Below are positions 55,354 to 64,000 of a stretch of 64,000 nt of DNA, one piece after another. The notes under the pieces are model-generated. The model did not search any database. It was not told where the DNA came from and saw only the letters and a list, made by a program, of their open reading frames with translations. Each line of letters opens with the position of its first letter. The stretch's first letter is position 1. Source of the stretch: Nitrospirota bacterium (GTDB lineage Bacteria > UBA2233); assembly GCA_011620345.1 (NCBI GenBank), contig WOZJ01000050.1, positions 1 through 64,000 of the forward strand. The letters are read 5' to 3'. The translations under genes and the position numbers were made by a program.

Positions 55354-56490
55354 ATGGATCTACGCAATCAGCAGCTCAAAAGGATCGTCATAAAAATCGG
55401 CAGCCACGTACTTTCCCAGGGTCAAACCCTAAACCCAAAACGTGTTCAAGCGCTCACGAGGGATATCGTCAACCTCAAGAAGGCCCTAGGGGCTGAGGTT
55501 GTGCTGGTTAGCTCTGGCGCCGTCATGACCGGGAGGATGCTTGTCCAAACGAACGGAAAGCCTGTTTCGGTGGGCATCAAGCAGGCGTTGGCGGCCGTTG
55601 GGCAGGCCAAGCTCATGGAGATCTATTCGTGGGCATTCGCCGAGCACGGCATGAACGTCGCTCAGGTTCTTTTGACCCATGACGACTTAGAGTGCCGCGA
55701 GCGGTACTTGAACGCGAAGCGGACGTTCGTAACGCTCCTTAAGCTAGGGATGATTCCCATCGTCAACGAGAACGATACGGTGAGCACCGAAGAAATTCGC
55801 TTTGGCGATAACGACAGGCTGTCTGCGGAAGTTGCGGGGCTCGTAGGGGCCGATACGCTCGTTTTGCTGAGCGATGTGGAAGGGCTCTTTACGGATGACC
55901 CAAAGACAAACCCGTCGGCGAAGCTTATTTCCACGGTCGAGGCGGTAGGCGAATCGTTGCTTGGCTCGTTTAGCGAGTCGAAGTCGCAGCATGGAACCGG
56001 GGGGATCCGCTCCAAAATTCTGGCTGCCAAAATTGCGACGGAGCTAGGCCTCGGTGTTTGGATTCTTCCCGGCCACAAAGAGGACGTGCTTTGCCAGGCG
56101 CTCGTCGAGAGCAAGAGGATGGGGACGTTCTTTTTGCCCGCCAAAAACCCGCTCAACACGAAAAGGCACTGGATTTACCATACGCTCAAGGTCAAAGGCG
56201 AAATCGTCATCGATGCGGGCTGCGAAAAAGCGATCTTGCTCAAGGGCAAGAGTCTTCTTGCTCAAGGGATTGTCGATGTTCGAGGGGATTTTTCCAGGCA
56301 GAGCACGGTCTGGATTCGCAATGCAGAAGGCCAGTTCCTCGGCAAAGGGCTCTGCGGCCCCTCTTCTCAAGAGTTACGGGATGTTCTTGGCCTTAAGCCT
56401 GAAAAGGATAAGGATGTTGAAGCTCAAAAAAACGAGAGGGGGATCGAGGTGGTCCACAGGGACAACCTGATCTTGACGGCCCCCGCGTAA
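55354..56490 (+). CDS. proB: Glutamate 5-kinase
   Basis: VIKIGS, VSSGAV, NENDT, FGDND, GTGG..SK, PUA domain. Confidence 0.97.
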   Translation: MDLRNQQLKRIVIKIGSHVLSQGQTLNPKRVQALTRDIVNLKKALGAEVVLVSSGAVMTGRMLVQTNGKPVSVGIKQALAAVGQAKLMEIYSWAFAEHGMNVAQVLLTHDDLECRERYLNAKRTFVTLLKLGMIPIVNENDTVSTEEIRFGDNDRLSAEVAGLVGADTLVLLSDVEGLFTDDPKTNPSAKLISTVEAVGESLLGSFSESKSQHGTGGIRSKILAAKIATELGLGVWILPGHKEDVLCQALVESKRMGTFFLPAKNPLNTKRHWIYHTLKVKGEIVIDAGCEKAILLKGKSLLAQGIVDVRGDFSRQSTVWIRNAEGQFLGKGLCGPSSQELRDVLGLKPEKDKDVEAQKNERGIEVVHRDNLILTAPA

Positions 56491-56519
56491 AACTCTTATC
56501 CCGCCAGAAAGGTTAGCGT

Positions 56520-57773
56520 ATGGATCAGACACCCCCGGCTTGGCTTGTTTCGCTTAAAAAAGCCCAAAGGCAGCTTGCATTGTCCAATCGCGCCAAGAAG
56601 GACCAGGCGATCCTCGAGGCGGCAAGGATGCTTCAGGAGAACGCAGGGATCCTGCTCGAAGCCAACGCGTCCGATACGGCTCGGGCCGAGTCGCAGGGCA
56701 TGAAAAAATCTATGGTCGACAGACTCTTGCTTACGCCGGAGCGGATCAAGGCCATGGCGGACGGGCTGCGGGAGGTTGCCGCGCTCGATGACCCGGTAGG
56801 AAGCATCGCGCATATCCAGGTTCGCCCCAACGGCTTACAGGTTGGCAAGATGCGGATTCCATTGGGGGTCGTTTTAATCATCTACGAATCCAGACCTAAC
56901 GTGACGATCGATGCCGCCGGGCTGTGCATGAAATCGGGAAACGGCTGCATTCTAAAGGGGGGTCGTGAGGCGTTCGAGACGAACCATGCCTTGATCGGGA
57001 TTTTTAAGGATTCCCTAGAAGCCGCCGGGCTTCCACAAGATGCCGTTCATCTCTTGCCGATGGCGTCACGATCCGAGCTGCCCCAGCTTCTTTCCCTTGC
57101 CGGTTGGATAGACCTTGCGATCCCGCGGGGAGGAGAAGACCTGATTCGTTTCGTGACGGAGCATGCGAGGGTCCCCGTCGTTCAGCACTTCAAGGGCGTT
57201 TGCCATGCCTTCCTCGAAGCCTCGGCGGACCTTGAGATGGCCAAAGCGGTCGTCATCAACGCAAAGACGAGCCGGCCTTCCGTGTGCAACGCGTTGGAGA
57301 CCCTGCTAGTGGATGACAAGCTTTCGCAAGCGTTCCTCGAGGAGCTTTTCACGGCGCTGCTAAAGGCTGGGATCGAGGTTAGGGCCTGCCCCGAGCTCTA
57401 CGGACAGTTCGGACGCCTAGGGCTTGCAAAAGCCTCCGATGAGGACTTTGGCCGGGAATTTCTGGAGATGACCCTGGCCGCAAAGCGCGTCCAAGGTCTT
57501 AAGGGGGCGATTGAGCACATCGAGCGCTTTGGCTCGCTTCATACCGAAACGATCGTCACAAACGACCTTCAATGCGCAGAGACGTTCCTTCGGCATGTGG
57601 AGGCTTCTTGCGTTATGGTCAACGCCTCGACGAGGTTTAACGACGGGTTCGAGCTGGGGCTTGGCGCGGAGATTGGGATCTCCACATCGAAGCTCCACGC
57701 CTTCGGCCCGATGGGCCTTCGTGAGCTGACCACGGAGAAATTCGTCGTCGTCGGAAACGGGCAGGTTCGCTAG
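56520..57773 (+). CDS. proA: Gamma-glutamyl phosphate reductase
   Basis: IYESRPNV, PRGG..LI, CNALET, NASTRF.DG, GAEIGIST. Confidence 0.97.
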   Translation: MDQTPPAWLVSLKKAQRQLALSNRAKKDQAILEAARMLQENAGILLEANASDTARAESQGMKKSMVDRLLLTPERIKAMADGLREVAALDDPVGSIAHIQVRPNGLQVGKMRIPLGVVLIIYESRPNVTIDAAGLCMKSGNGCILKGGREAFETNHALIGIFKDSLEAAGLPQDAVHLLPMASRSELPQLLSLAGWIDLAIPRGGEDLIRFVTEHARVPVVQHFKGVCHAFLEASADLEMAKAVVINAKTSRPSVCNALETLLVDDKLSQAFLEELFTALLKAGIEVRACPELYGQFGRLGLAKASDEDFGREFLEMTLAAKRVQGLKGAIEHIERFGSLHTETIVTNDLQCAETFLRHVEASCVMVNASTRFNDGFELGLGAEIGISTSKLHAFGPMGLRELTTEKFVVVGNGQVR

Positions 57774-57774
57774 G

Positions 57775-58497
57775 TTGCAAAGAGCCGTTCCGTTGGGTAT
57801 TTTCGGAGGGACGTTCGATCCGGTACACATCGGGCACCTAAGGGGTGCAGAGGAAGTGGCGGAGCTTTTGGGGATCGAGCGCGTCTTGTTCGTACCGACG
57901 GGTTTTGCCAGGCATAAAGAGCTTGCAAGCCTTGCCTCTCCGGAAGATAGGCTCACGATGCTCGAGCTGGCCGTTGCTTCCAACCCAAGGTTCGGTGTGT
58001 TGCGCTACGAAATAGAGCACCCGGAGCACGCCTCGTACACCTACTACACGCTCAAGCATCTTCATGAAACCGTCCTTTCGAGCGGGCAAAAGCCTTTTTT
58101 GATCCTCGGGGAGGACGCGTTCGCGGGGTTTCCAAAATGGCACCGGTTTCAAGAGGTGCTCGAAATGTGCCATATCGCCGTGATGGCAAGGCCCCCGATC
58201 GGCCTTCCTTCTATTCCTGCTGCCCTTAAAGGGTTAGAGAGCCAGGCCGTTTCCTCGGAAGTCTTGCATGTTCGCCTCCAGAGCGGCAACGGCCTCTACG
58301 AGTGCCGTGTCACGCCGCTTGACATATCTTCGAGTCGGGTTCGGGAGAGGTGTTTGACCGGACGGTCTGTTCGTTACCTCGTCCCGGAGGAGGCCTTTCG
58401 CTTTATCCAAGAAAGAGGGCTTTATCGAAAACCCCTAAACCCACAGAGAAACCCAACCCAAAAGGAGGCTGAATGGGATTTCAAGCGAACTCCCTAG
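57775..58497 (+). CDS. nadD: Nicotinate-nucleotide adenylyltransferase
   Basis: GGTFDPVHIGH, SYT, G.D, DISSS. Confidence 0.95.
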   Translation: MQRAVPLGIFGGTFDPVHIGHLRGAEEVAELLGIERVLFVPTGFARHKELASLASPEDRLTMLELAVASNPRFGVLRYEIEHPEHASYTYYTLKHLHETVLSSGQKPFLILGEDAFAGFPKWHRFQEVLEMCHIAVMARPPIGLPSIPAALKGLESQAVSSEVLHVRLQSGNGLYECRVTPLDISSSRVRERCLTGRSVRYLVPEEAFRFIQERGLYRKPLNPQRNPTQKEAEWDFKRTP

Positions 58498-58850
58498 CAC
58501 AACAACTCTTGGAGATCGCGCTAGATAAAAAAGCGGAGAACCCGGCCGTATACAGGGTATCTCCGGTAGTGGACTATGCGGATACCTTGATTGTTTTGAC
58601 AATCCACAACCCAAACCATGCCAAGGCCGTAACCGAGGCGATGGCTCAGGGTGCAAAGCCGGCATTCGGGCCGCCTCTTTCGATCGAAGGCCAGGACACG
58701 AACTGGGCCATCCTGGACTTTGGCGATGTGATCGTCCACCTTTTTGAGAAGGAGACCAGGGAGTACTACGATCTTGACGGCCTTTGGATGGATATGCGCT
58801 CCGAGCAAACAAACGCGTTTCCCGTTTCTTCGCGTGGCTTCCTGGGATAG
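58473..58850 (+). CDS. rsfS: Ribosome silencing factor
   Basis: DKKA.N, IEG....W.ILDFGDVIVHLF....REYYDL..LW. Confidence 0.93.
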   Translation: MGFQANSLAQQLLEIALDKKAENPAVYRVSPVVDYADTLIVLTIHNPNHAKAVTEAMAQGAKPAFGPPLSIEGQDTNWAILDFGDVIVHLFEKETREYYDLDGLWMDMRSEQTNAFPVSSRGFLG

Positions 58851-59634
58851 CCCTTTTCGGTGGGCTAAGGAGGGGTTTCTAGCGTTAGGAGGCGCCCTGA
58901 TCGAGCCAGAGTGCCCGTTGTGTGATACCCCCGTCTTCTTCCATCCAGGGTCATTGCTTTGCCCCGCATGCGAAAAGGATCTCTTGGCTCTTCGATTGTC
59001 CGGGCCTGTCTGCTCTTGCTGCGCCCTCCCCATTAAGGACGGTGAAACTGACCCCTGCGTTGAATGTAGGCTCGATCCGTTGGCGCTCCAAAGGACGAGC
59101 GCTTTTTTCAGCTACGAAGGGGCGGTGCGTTCCTTGCTCGTACTTTGGAAGAAGAGGGCGAACCCGTGCCTTCGGCGGTATCTTCTTCGAATATGGGCCT
59201 CAAGCTTGCAAGAAGGACTTCCGCCGTTCCCCCCAGGGGCCGTCGTGGTGGGGGTTGAGCCTCATCCAAATCGTCTCCTGGCCAGAGGGTTCGATCCTGT
59301 CCTGCCGTTTGTGCGTTCTTTGTCCAAGTCTTTTTGTATTCCAACCCTCCGCGCCCTCGTTCGAACGCACGATGCTCCCCATCAAGCCGCCCTTCCTGCC
59401 AGGGAACGCGAAAAGAACGTCAAAGGAAGCTTTCTGCTGAGGTCCGGGATGGATAGGGAGATTCAAGGCCGTCCGGTTGTGCTTGTAGATGACGTGATGA
59501 CGACGGGGGCCACGCTAAACGAGGCCGCAAAGGCCCTAAGGAAGGCCAAGCCCGGTTATATTCTAGGGGTTGTTTTTGCAAGGACGCTTAAGGGTAGGCA
59601 AGGCTTCCCCTTAATCTCGAAACCAAGGGGGTGA
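58834..59634 (+). CDS. comF: ComF-family phosphoribosyltransferase (start uncertain)
   Basis: Double Zn-ribbon CxxC motifs, RGF, Q...R..NV, LVDDVMTTGAT. Confidence 0.88.
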   Translation: MASWDSPFRWAKEGFLALGGALIEPECPLCDTPVFFHPGSLLCPACEKDLLALRLSGPVCSCCALPIKDGETDPCVECRLDPLALQRTSAFFSYEGAVRSLLVLWKKRANPCLRRYLLRIWASSLQEGLPPFPPGAVVVGVEPHPNRLLARGFDPVLPFVRSLSKSFCIPTLRALVRTHDAPHQAALPAREREKNVKGSFLLRSGMDREIQGRPVVLVDDVMTTGATLNEAAKALRKAKPGYILGVVFARTLKGRQGFPLISKPRG

Positions 59635-60234
59635 CCCCTTTTGGTCGGCGCTCGATCGTGAGACGGACTCTTTTGTGCTCTTATAGATGGCGTCAAATGT
59701 CTCGAGTACGCCTTTCCCCTCAATTGCTGCAGCCTCCACAAATGGGGCCTTCCAGGGGTTTAGCTCTGCTTCGAGCGTATGGATCGGAAGGATATCGGGG
59801 AGGTCCCGCTTGTTGTATTGAATGATGATGGGCAGGGTGTTTGGATCTTGCCCTTGTTCGCTCAGAAACCCGATAAGCTCTTCAAGGGCCGCCTTGTTGG
59901 CCGTTTTGGCTGTAGCCTGTGAGTCGTACACCATGACGATGCCATCTGCCCCCCGGAGGACAACTTTCCTTGCCTCCTTGTAAATCACTTGCCCCGGTAC
60001 TGTGTAGACATGGCAACGGGCCTTAAAGTTTCCCTCGAGCATATCTGCAACGTTCAGAAAATCGAAGAACAGCGTGCGTTCGTTGGCCGTGGGTACAATC
60101 AAAAGCTGCCTGGATTCTTTGTTTGGGAGCATGGCATGGAGCTTCTCGAGGTTGGTTGTCTTGCCCGACAGGGCCGGACCGGAGTAGACGACCTTTAAGA
60201 CGACTTCCCTGTTGGCGTAGTGAATAAAAGGCAT
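59611..60234 (-). CDS. mglA: MglA-like small GTPase
   Basis: K.VY.GP.LSGKTTNL, RTLFFDF, YTVPGQ, QYNKRD, G.GV.ETF. Confidence 0.88.
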   Translation of the reverse strand: MPFIHYANREVVLKVVYSGPALSGKTTNLEKLHAMLPNKESRQLLIVPTANERTLFFDFLNVADMLEGNFKARCHVYTVPGQVIYKEARKVVLRGADGIVMVYDSQATAKTANKAALEELIGFLSEQGQDPNTLPIIIQYNKRDLPDILPIHTLEAELNPWKAPFVEAAAIEGKGVLETFDAIYKSTKESVSRSSADQKGSPPWFRD

Positions 60235-60371
60235 TTCAACGCCCCTCGATCAATGCTGGTTTGTCCTTGAAGGGATCGGGGGTTACAAGCCAGGAAAGCC
60301 TTTCTGGGGAAGAAGAATCGTCTGGTAAGCCTTCGTAGGCCAAGGCGATCAACTGGGTTGTTCCTCGTAAA

Positions 60372-61025
60372 TCATACACCCCCGGGAATATTCACATTGA
60401 AGCGGATGTAGGAGCGTTGCCAAAGCTCCCCGATTTCGGGAACCAGGTTGACGCCTTTGATTTCCGCAAGGCCTGCATGAACTTCAATTCCGCTGACAGA
60501 GCCGTTATCGATGCGTATGCGCCGAAACTCTTTTAGTGGAAGCTTCATATAATAGGCAAGGGCCGTACGGATGACGTCTCCGTGCGAAACGACAGCGAAC
60601 GCTGCGACAGGCCGCTCTTTGGATGCCTCTTCGAGAAAGGCTACGGCGCGTTCCTGGACCCGGATGATCGGCTCGATTCCTTGCCCTGGGTTGAAGGAGG
60701 GGTCTTTTAAGTAGCGGAAGTAATTAGGGTCTTCTTTGAGTTCCGAAAAAAGCCTGCCTTCCCAGACCCCGTAACCCACCTCGCAGAGCGCTTGAGCGGG
60801 GGTAGGATCAAGAAGAAGTTCTTTGGCAATGATTTCTGCGCTCTCCGTGGTCCTAGGATAGGGAGAACAGTACACCCTTTCGATCGGTAACCCCTTGAGC
60901 ACCCGGGCGGCCCACCGCATCTGAGTCTTTCCCGATTCATTGAGGCCCACCCAGGACGTTCCCATGACGCGCTGGGCCTTGTTCCAGTCTGTTTCCCCAT
61001 GTCGAACGAGAACAATGAGCCCCAT
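60372..61025 (-). CDS. Histidine phosphatase (phosphoglycerate mutase family)
   Basis: LVRHGETDWN, SP..R...SA, G.WEG, VSHG. Confidence 0.92.
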   Translation of the reverse strand: MGLIVLVRHGETDWNKAQRVMGTSWVGLNESGKTQMRWAARVLKGLPIERVYCSPYPRTTESAEIIAKELLLDPTPAQALCEVGYGVWEGRLFSELKEDPNYFRYLKDPSFNPGQGIEPIIRVQERAVAFLEEASKERPVAAFAVVSHGDVIRTALAYYMKLPLKEFRRIRIDNGSVSGIEVHAGLAEIKGVNLVPEIGELWQRSYIRFNVNIPGGV

Positions 61026-61763
61026 CTAGTCCTCCGCCAAAAAAACGTCTTGCTTATGAGGGCGGGCTTTTGAGAGGGGGCATTTCTTGTATGCCTCGTA
61101 AGGCTCGTCGCAAAAGCCTTGCCTTGCAGGCCCGCACTTGGGCTGCAGGAAGACTCCTAACAAAGGGGCGGCTTTTTTGACCTCTCTACGCATCCCGAGG
61201 GCCAGCCTTCGAATCTCCCATTGCGCTCGGAAGCAAAGCCTTAAATCGGCGATGTGCAACAATTCGGCGTAGTTCACGCAGACTTGGATGTTGGATACGA
61301 CGGCTTGAGGTAGGATAAACCGCGCATCCTCTGCAGGAATCCCCGCCTGAAGCGCCTTTTGGTACAACTCAAAGGATTCCAGCATGTGGGCTTTGTAGGC
61401 CTCGGAAAGAGGGCCTTGCTGCCAAGTCTTGGGAGTGGCAAACATTTTTTTTGGATCTTCCGAATCGAGCTTAATGTAGCGCTGGGATTGCTGTTCGAAG
61501 CTGATTCCGATACGATGGCGGACAAGCTGGTGGGAGGCTGTCCTAGAGAGTCCTTCGATTCCAAACCAAAACACTATCTGCTCCAAAGGAGACGTATGGC
61601 CCGTTTTGAGCCGCTCCAGAATAAACGCCTGAAGCTTTTCGGGAGAGTTTTCCCCGGCCTCTTCCCAAATTTCTATCGGGGATTTCTTCGAGTAGCAGGT
61701 TCTGTAAGCCACGTACAGCATGCGTAGCGGCTCCGGGGTATAGGAAAGCATGCGAACATGCAA
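61026..61763 (-). CDS. thyX: FAD-dependent thymidylate synthase
   Basis: GHTSPLE, SHQLVRHR...SF.Q.SQRY, AEDARF.LP, AQWEIR. Confidence 0.96.
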   Translation of the reverse strand: MHVRMLSYTPEPLRMLYVAYRTCYSKKSPIEIWEEAGENSPEKLQAFILERLKTGHTSPLEQIVFWFGIEGLSRTASHQLVRHRIGISFEQQSQRYIKLDSEDPKKMFATPKTWQQGPLSEAYKAHMLESFELYQKALQAGIPAEDARFILPQAVVSNIQVCVNYAELLHIADLRLCFRAQWEIRRLALGMRREVKKAAPLLGVFLQPKCGPARQGFCDEPYEAYKKCPLSKARPHKQDVFLAED

Positions 61764-61834
61764 CCTAGTCTTCCTTTGTGGTTTTAGGGTAAGCTTTTGT
61801 ATCTCTGTACTACCGTTTAAGTGTAACCAAGGTT

Positions 61835-62644
61835 GTGGGTTCGAGTCTATCTCTTCTAAGAATGTGTAAATGGCTTAAGCAGCCACGGGTTTTACCTCGG
61901 GTTATTGTTGGCTTGGCCTTAAGCCTTGCCGTTCTTTTGGCCATCGGCGTCGGTACCTTTTTCGGGGTTCGTTCCTTCTACAGGAGTATACCCAGCCAGC
62001 TGATTCAGTACGAAATGGACGTAGAGGCCATGGCCAAGCCTCTGGCCCCGGTATCCGTACGCTCCGAGCTGGGTGATTTTGAGATCCCCATCAAACTTCC
62101 GGAAGTCGTACGCATTGCAGTCCCCGTCCGTAAGGTATTGGACGTTCCTGTAAAAGAAGAGTTTCAGGTGCCCGTGAACATGACGGTTCATGTGCCCATT
62201 GATCAGGAGGTTTTCATCAAAGCGGAGTTTCCCCTTGAGGTTTCCGTACCGCTCGATGGTATCCGCCTCAAGGCGCGCCCTTTCGGCTTGCCGGCCATCC
62301 CGGCGACTCTTCAAGGCTCGCTGCCCCTCAAGCTGACCGTGCCCTTTGCAAGGACGGTTCGCATCAAAACAGACGTCGAGGTTCCAATAAGGCGCGTCTT
62401 CACGGTTCCTTTTAGTAAGACGCTCCAAGTGCCCCTGAATTTTGATCTAACCCTCGACCTCCCGATTCAACGCCTCATTCAGGTCCACTTCGACGGGCCG
62501 CTCAAGCTCAAGGCCAAGATTACCGAGGAGATGCCCGTGCGCGCGCGGTTTCGCGTGGGCCTTACAAAAGACGGCAGGATCGCGGTAGATCAGCCTTCTA
62601 CCGCACCCAAAAAAAGGGGGGCAGAGTCGGCTCTGCCCCCTTGA
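61835..62644 (+). CDS. Hypothetical membrane-anchored protein with periodic V/I-P-V/I repeats
   Basis: N-terminal TM helix, then IPI/VPV/VPI/FPL/VPF units spaced about 8 aa apart. Confidence 0.7.
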   Translation: MGSSLSLLRMCKWLKQPRVLPRVIVGLALSLAVLLAIGVGTFFGVRSFYRSIPSQLIQYEMDVEAMAKPLAPVSVRSELGDFEIPIKLPEVVRIAVPVRKVLDVPVKEEFQVPVNMTVHVPIDQEVFIKAEFPLEVSVPLDGIRLKARPFGLPAIPATLQGSLPLKLTVPFARTVRIKTDVEVPIRRVFTVPFSKTLQVPLNFDLTLDLPIQRLIQVHFDGPLKLKAKITEEMPVRARFRVGLTKDGRIAVDQPSTAPKKRGAESALPP

Positions 62645-62649
62645 TGCCC

Positions 62650-63831
62650 CTAGTCTTTGTGCTCGAAGAGCCCGGCGGCCCCCATTCCGCCGCCTACGCA
62701 CATCGTGACGATCCCGTATTTGAGGTCGTTGTCGCGCATATGGTAGAGAATCTTGGTCGAAAGGATCGCGCCCGTCGCCCCCAAGGGGTGTCCTAGCGCG
62801 ATTGCGCCGCCGTAAGGGTTGAGCTTCCGGCTCTCTAGGAAGCCCTCGAGCCCTAATTTCTTTACACAGTACACGCTCTGGGAGGCGAACGCCTCGTTCA
62901 TCTCGATTGCATCGATCTCTTTGAGCTTTAGATCCACCTTGGCCAAAAGCTTTGGCACGGCCAACGAAGGGCCGATTCCCATTTCATCTGGACCGCAGCC
63001 TACCGTCATATACCCTTTGAAGCGCCCTAGCGGCTTGAGCCCTAAGTCCTTCGCTTTATCCTTGCTCATCAAAACGACGGCCGCCGCCCCGTCGGTCATC
63101 TGGGATGAGTTTCCCGCCGTGACCGTCCCTTCTTTCCAGAAGGCCGGTTTAAGCTTAGAGAGCGCTTCTATCGAGGTGTCCCTGCGCGGTCCTTCGTCCG
63201 TGTCGAACTGAAAGAACTCCTTGCCCCCGGTGGGTTTGTAGCGGTAAGCCTGGACGGGGACGATCTGCTCCTTGAAAACCCCTTTGTCGATCCCTTCGAC
63301 GGCAAGAAGGTTGCTTCTTAGGCCGAGCGCATCCTGCTCTTCGCGGGTTATATTGTAACGCTTGGCCACGATCTCGGCCGTTTCTCCCATGCCAACGTAT
63401 GCGGGGTAGAACTCTTCGGCCATTTCAGGGTGCGGAACAATCCTGTTCCCGCCCATAGGTATAAGGCTCATGCTCTCGATGCCGCCGGCTACGACGATCT
63501 CGGCCATTCCAGACATAATCCGAAAGGCGCCCAAAGCGATCGCCTCCAGCCCGGAAGCGCAGAAGCGGTTGATGGTCATGCACGAGACCGAATTAGGCAG
63601 TTTTGCACGAAACCAGGCCTCTCTAGCCAGGTTCATGCCCTGCTCGGCCTCCGGCATGGCACAGCCTATGATGCAGTCGTCCACGAGCTTCGGGTCTAAG
63701 TCGCCCGCACGCTTCAAGGCTTCGAGAATGACCGCGGCGCCCATATCCTCCGGACGAACATCGGCTAGGGATCCCTTTTTGGCCCGGCCCATCGCCGTCC
63801 GTGCGGCCGAAACGACCATTGTTTTTTCCAT
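62650..63831 (-). CDS. fadA: Acetyl-CoA C-acyltransferase (3-ketoacyl-CoA thiolase)
   Basis: NRFCASG, NEAFA, GHPLGATG, MCVGGG. Confidence 0.95.
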   Translation of the reverse strand: MEKTMVVSAARTAMGRAKKGSLADVRPEDMGAAVILEALKRAGDLDPKLVDDCIIGCAMPEAEQGMNLAREAWFRAKLPNSVSCMTINRFCASGLEAIALGAFRIMSGMAEIVVAGGIESMSLIPMGGNRIVPHPEMAEEFYPAYVGMGETAEIVAKRYNITREEQDALGLRSNLLAVEGIDKGVFKEQIVPVQAYRYKPTGGKEFFQFDTDEGPRRDTSIEALSKLKPAFWKEGTVTAGNSSQMTDGAAAVVLMSKDKAKDLGLKPLGRFKGYMTVGCGPDEMGIGPSLAVPKLLAKVDLKLKEIDAIEMNEAFASQSVYCVKKLGLEGFLESRKLNPYGGAIALGHPLGATGAILSTKILYHMRDNDLKYGIVTMCVGGGMGAAGLFEHKD

Positions 63832-63855
63832 AGATTTCCCCCTTCCTTCGTGTGT

Positions 63856-64000
63856 TTAGTTCCTGAGCGGACGGTTGTACATAAGCATGTGCTGGATACG
63901 GGCAAGCGTGCGATCCTCGCCAAGGAGGCTAAGGAACGCCTCGCGCTCTAGATCCAGCAGGTATTGCTCGGAGACCTTAGTGCCAGGGCGTACCTTGCCG
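63856..64000 (-). CDS. fadN: C-terminus of 3-hydroxyacyl-CoA dehydrogenase/enoyl-CoA hydratase (FadN-type), partial
   Basis: Translated by hand: [34 protein letters not shown]...PLRN*. Lies upstream of fadA. Confidence 0.88.
   Translation of the reverse strand, partial: GKVRPGTKVSEQYLLDLEREAFLSLLGEDRTLARIQHMLMYNRPLRN

Noticed and set aside
1-64000. CRISPR arrays, integrases, transposases, prophage or rRNA genes
   Set aside because: I saw no spaced repeat arrays or matching protein motifs on reading. The two gaps could hide such elements.

Overview
This is a GC-rich bacterial scaffold fragment with two 100-N gaps. It most likely comes from an anaerobic Deltaproteobacteria-like organism, judging by a Geobacter-type nrfA, hcp, MglA and sigma54 promoters. 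From left to right: (1) a nitrite/NO module (nrfA, which the ORF track missed, a HicA toxin remnant, hcp, a ferritin-like gene) and an NRAMP-USP fusion; (2) mixed housekeeping genes, including a HAD/aminotransferase/Cys-hydrolase trio and larE, ending at tRNA-Asn; (3) an accessory catabolic region of about 21 kb (14.7-35.6 kb); (4) a Cys-rich ABC module, a small ferritin-like gene, ald and a Ltp2/ChsH-like aldolase-hydratase-ACAD module; (5) core genes (metK, rplU-rpmA-cbpA-obgE-proBA-nadD-rsfS-comF, mglA, thyX, fadA/fadN). In region (3), back-to-back sigma54 promoters around a central palindrome face two arms. One arm is a TPAT (TRAP-T) importer plus an acyl-CoA ligase. The other holds two alpha/beta pairs of COG1233 flavoproteins, ALDH, Fe-ADH and SCP2. 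A sensorless sigma54 activator sits next to a degenerate ligase paralog that shares an exact 255-bp inverted repeat with the intact ligase. Region (3) is the best candidate for an undescribed system: a putative O2-independent pathway for activating a hydrophobic hydrocarbon, possibly with a pseudoenzyme sensor. Functional calls come from motifs read by eye; no database searches were run.
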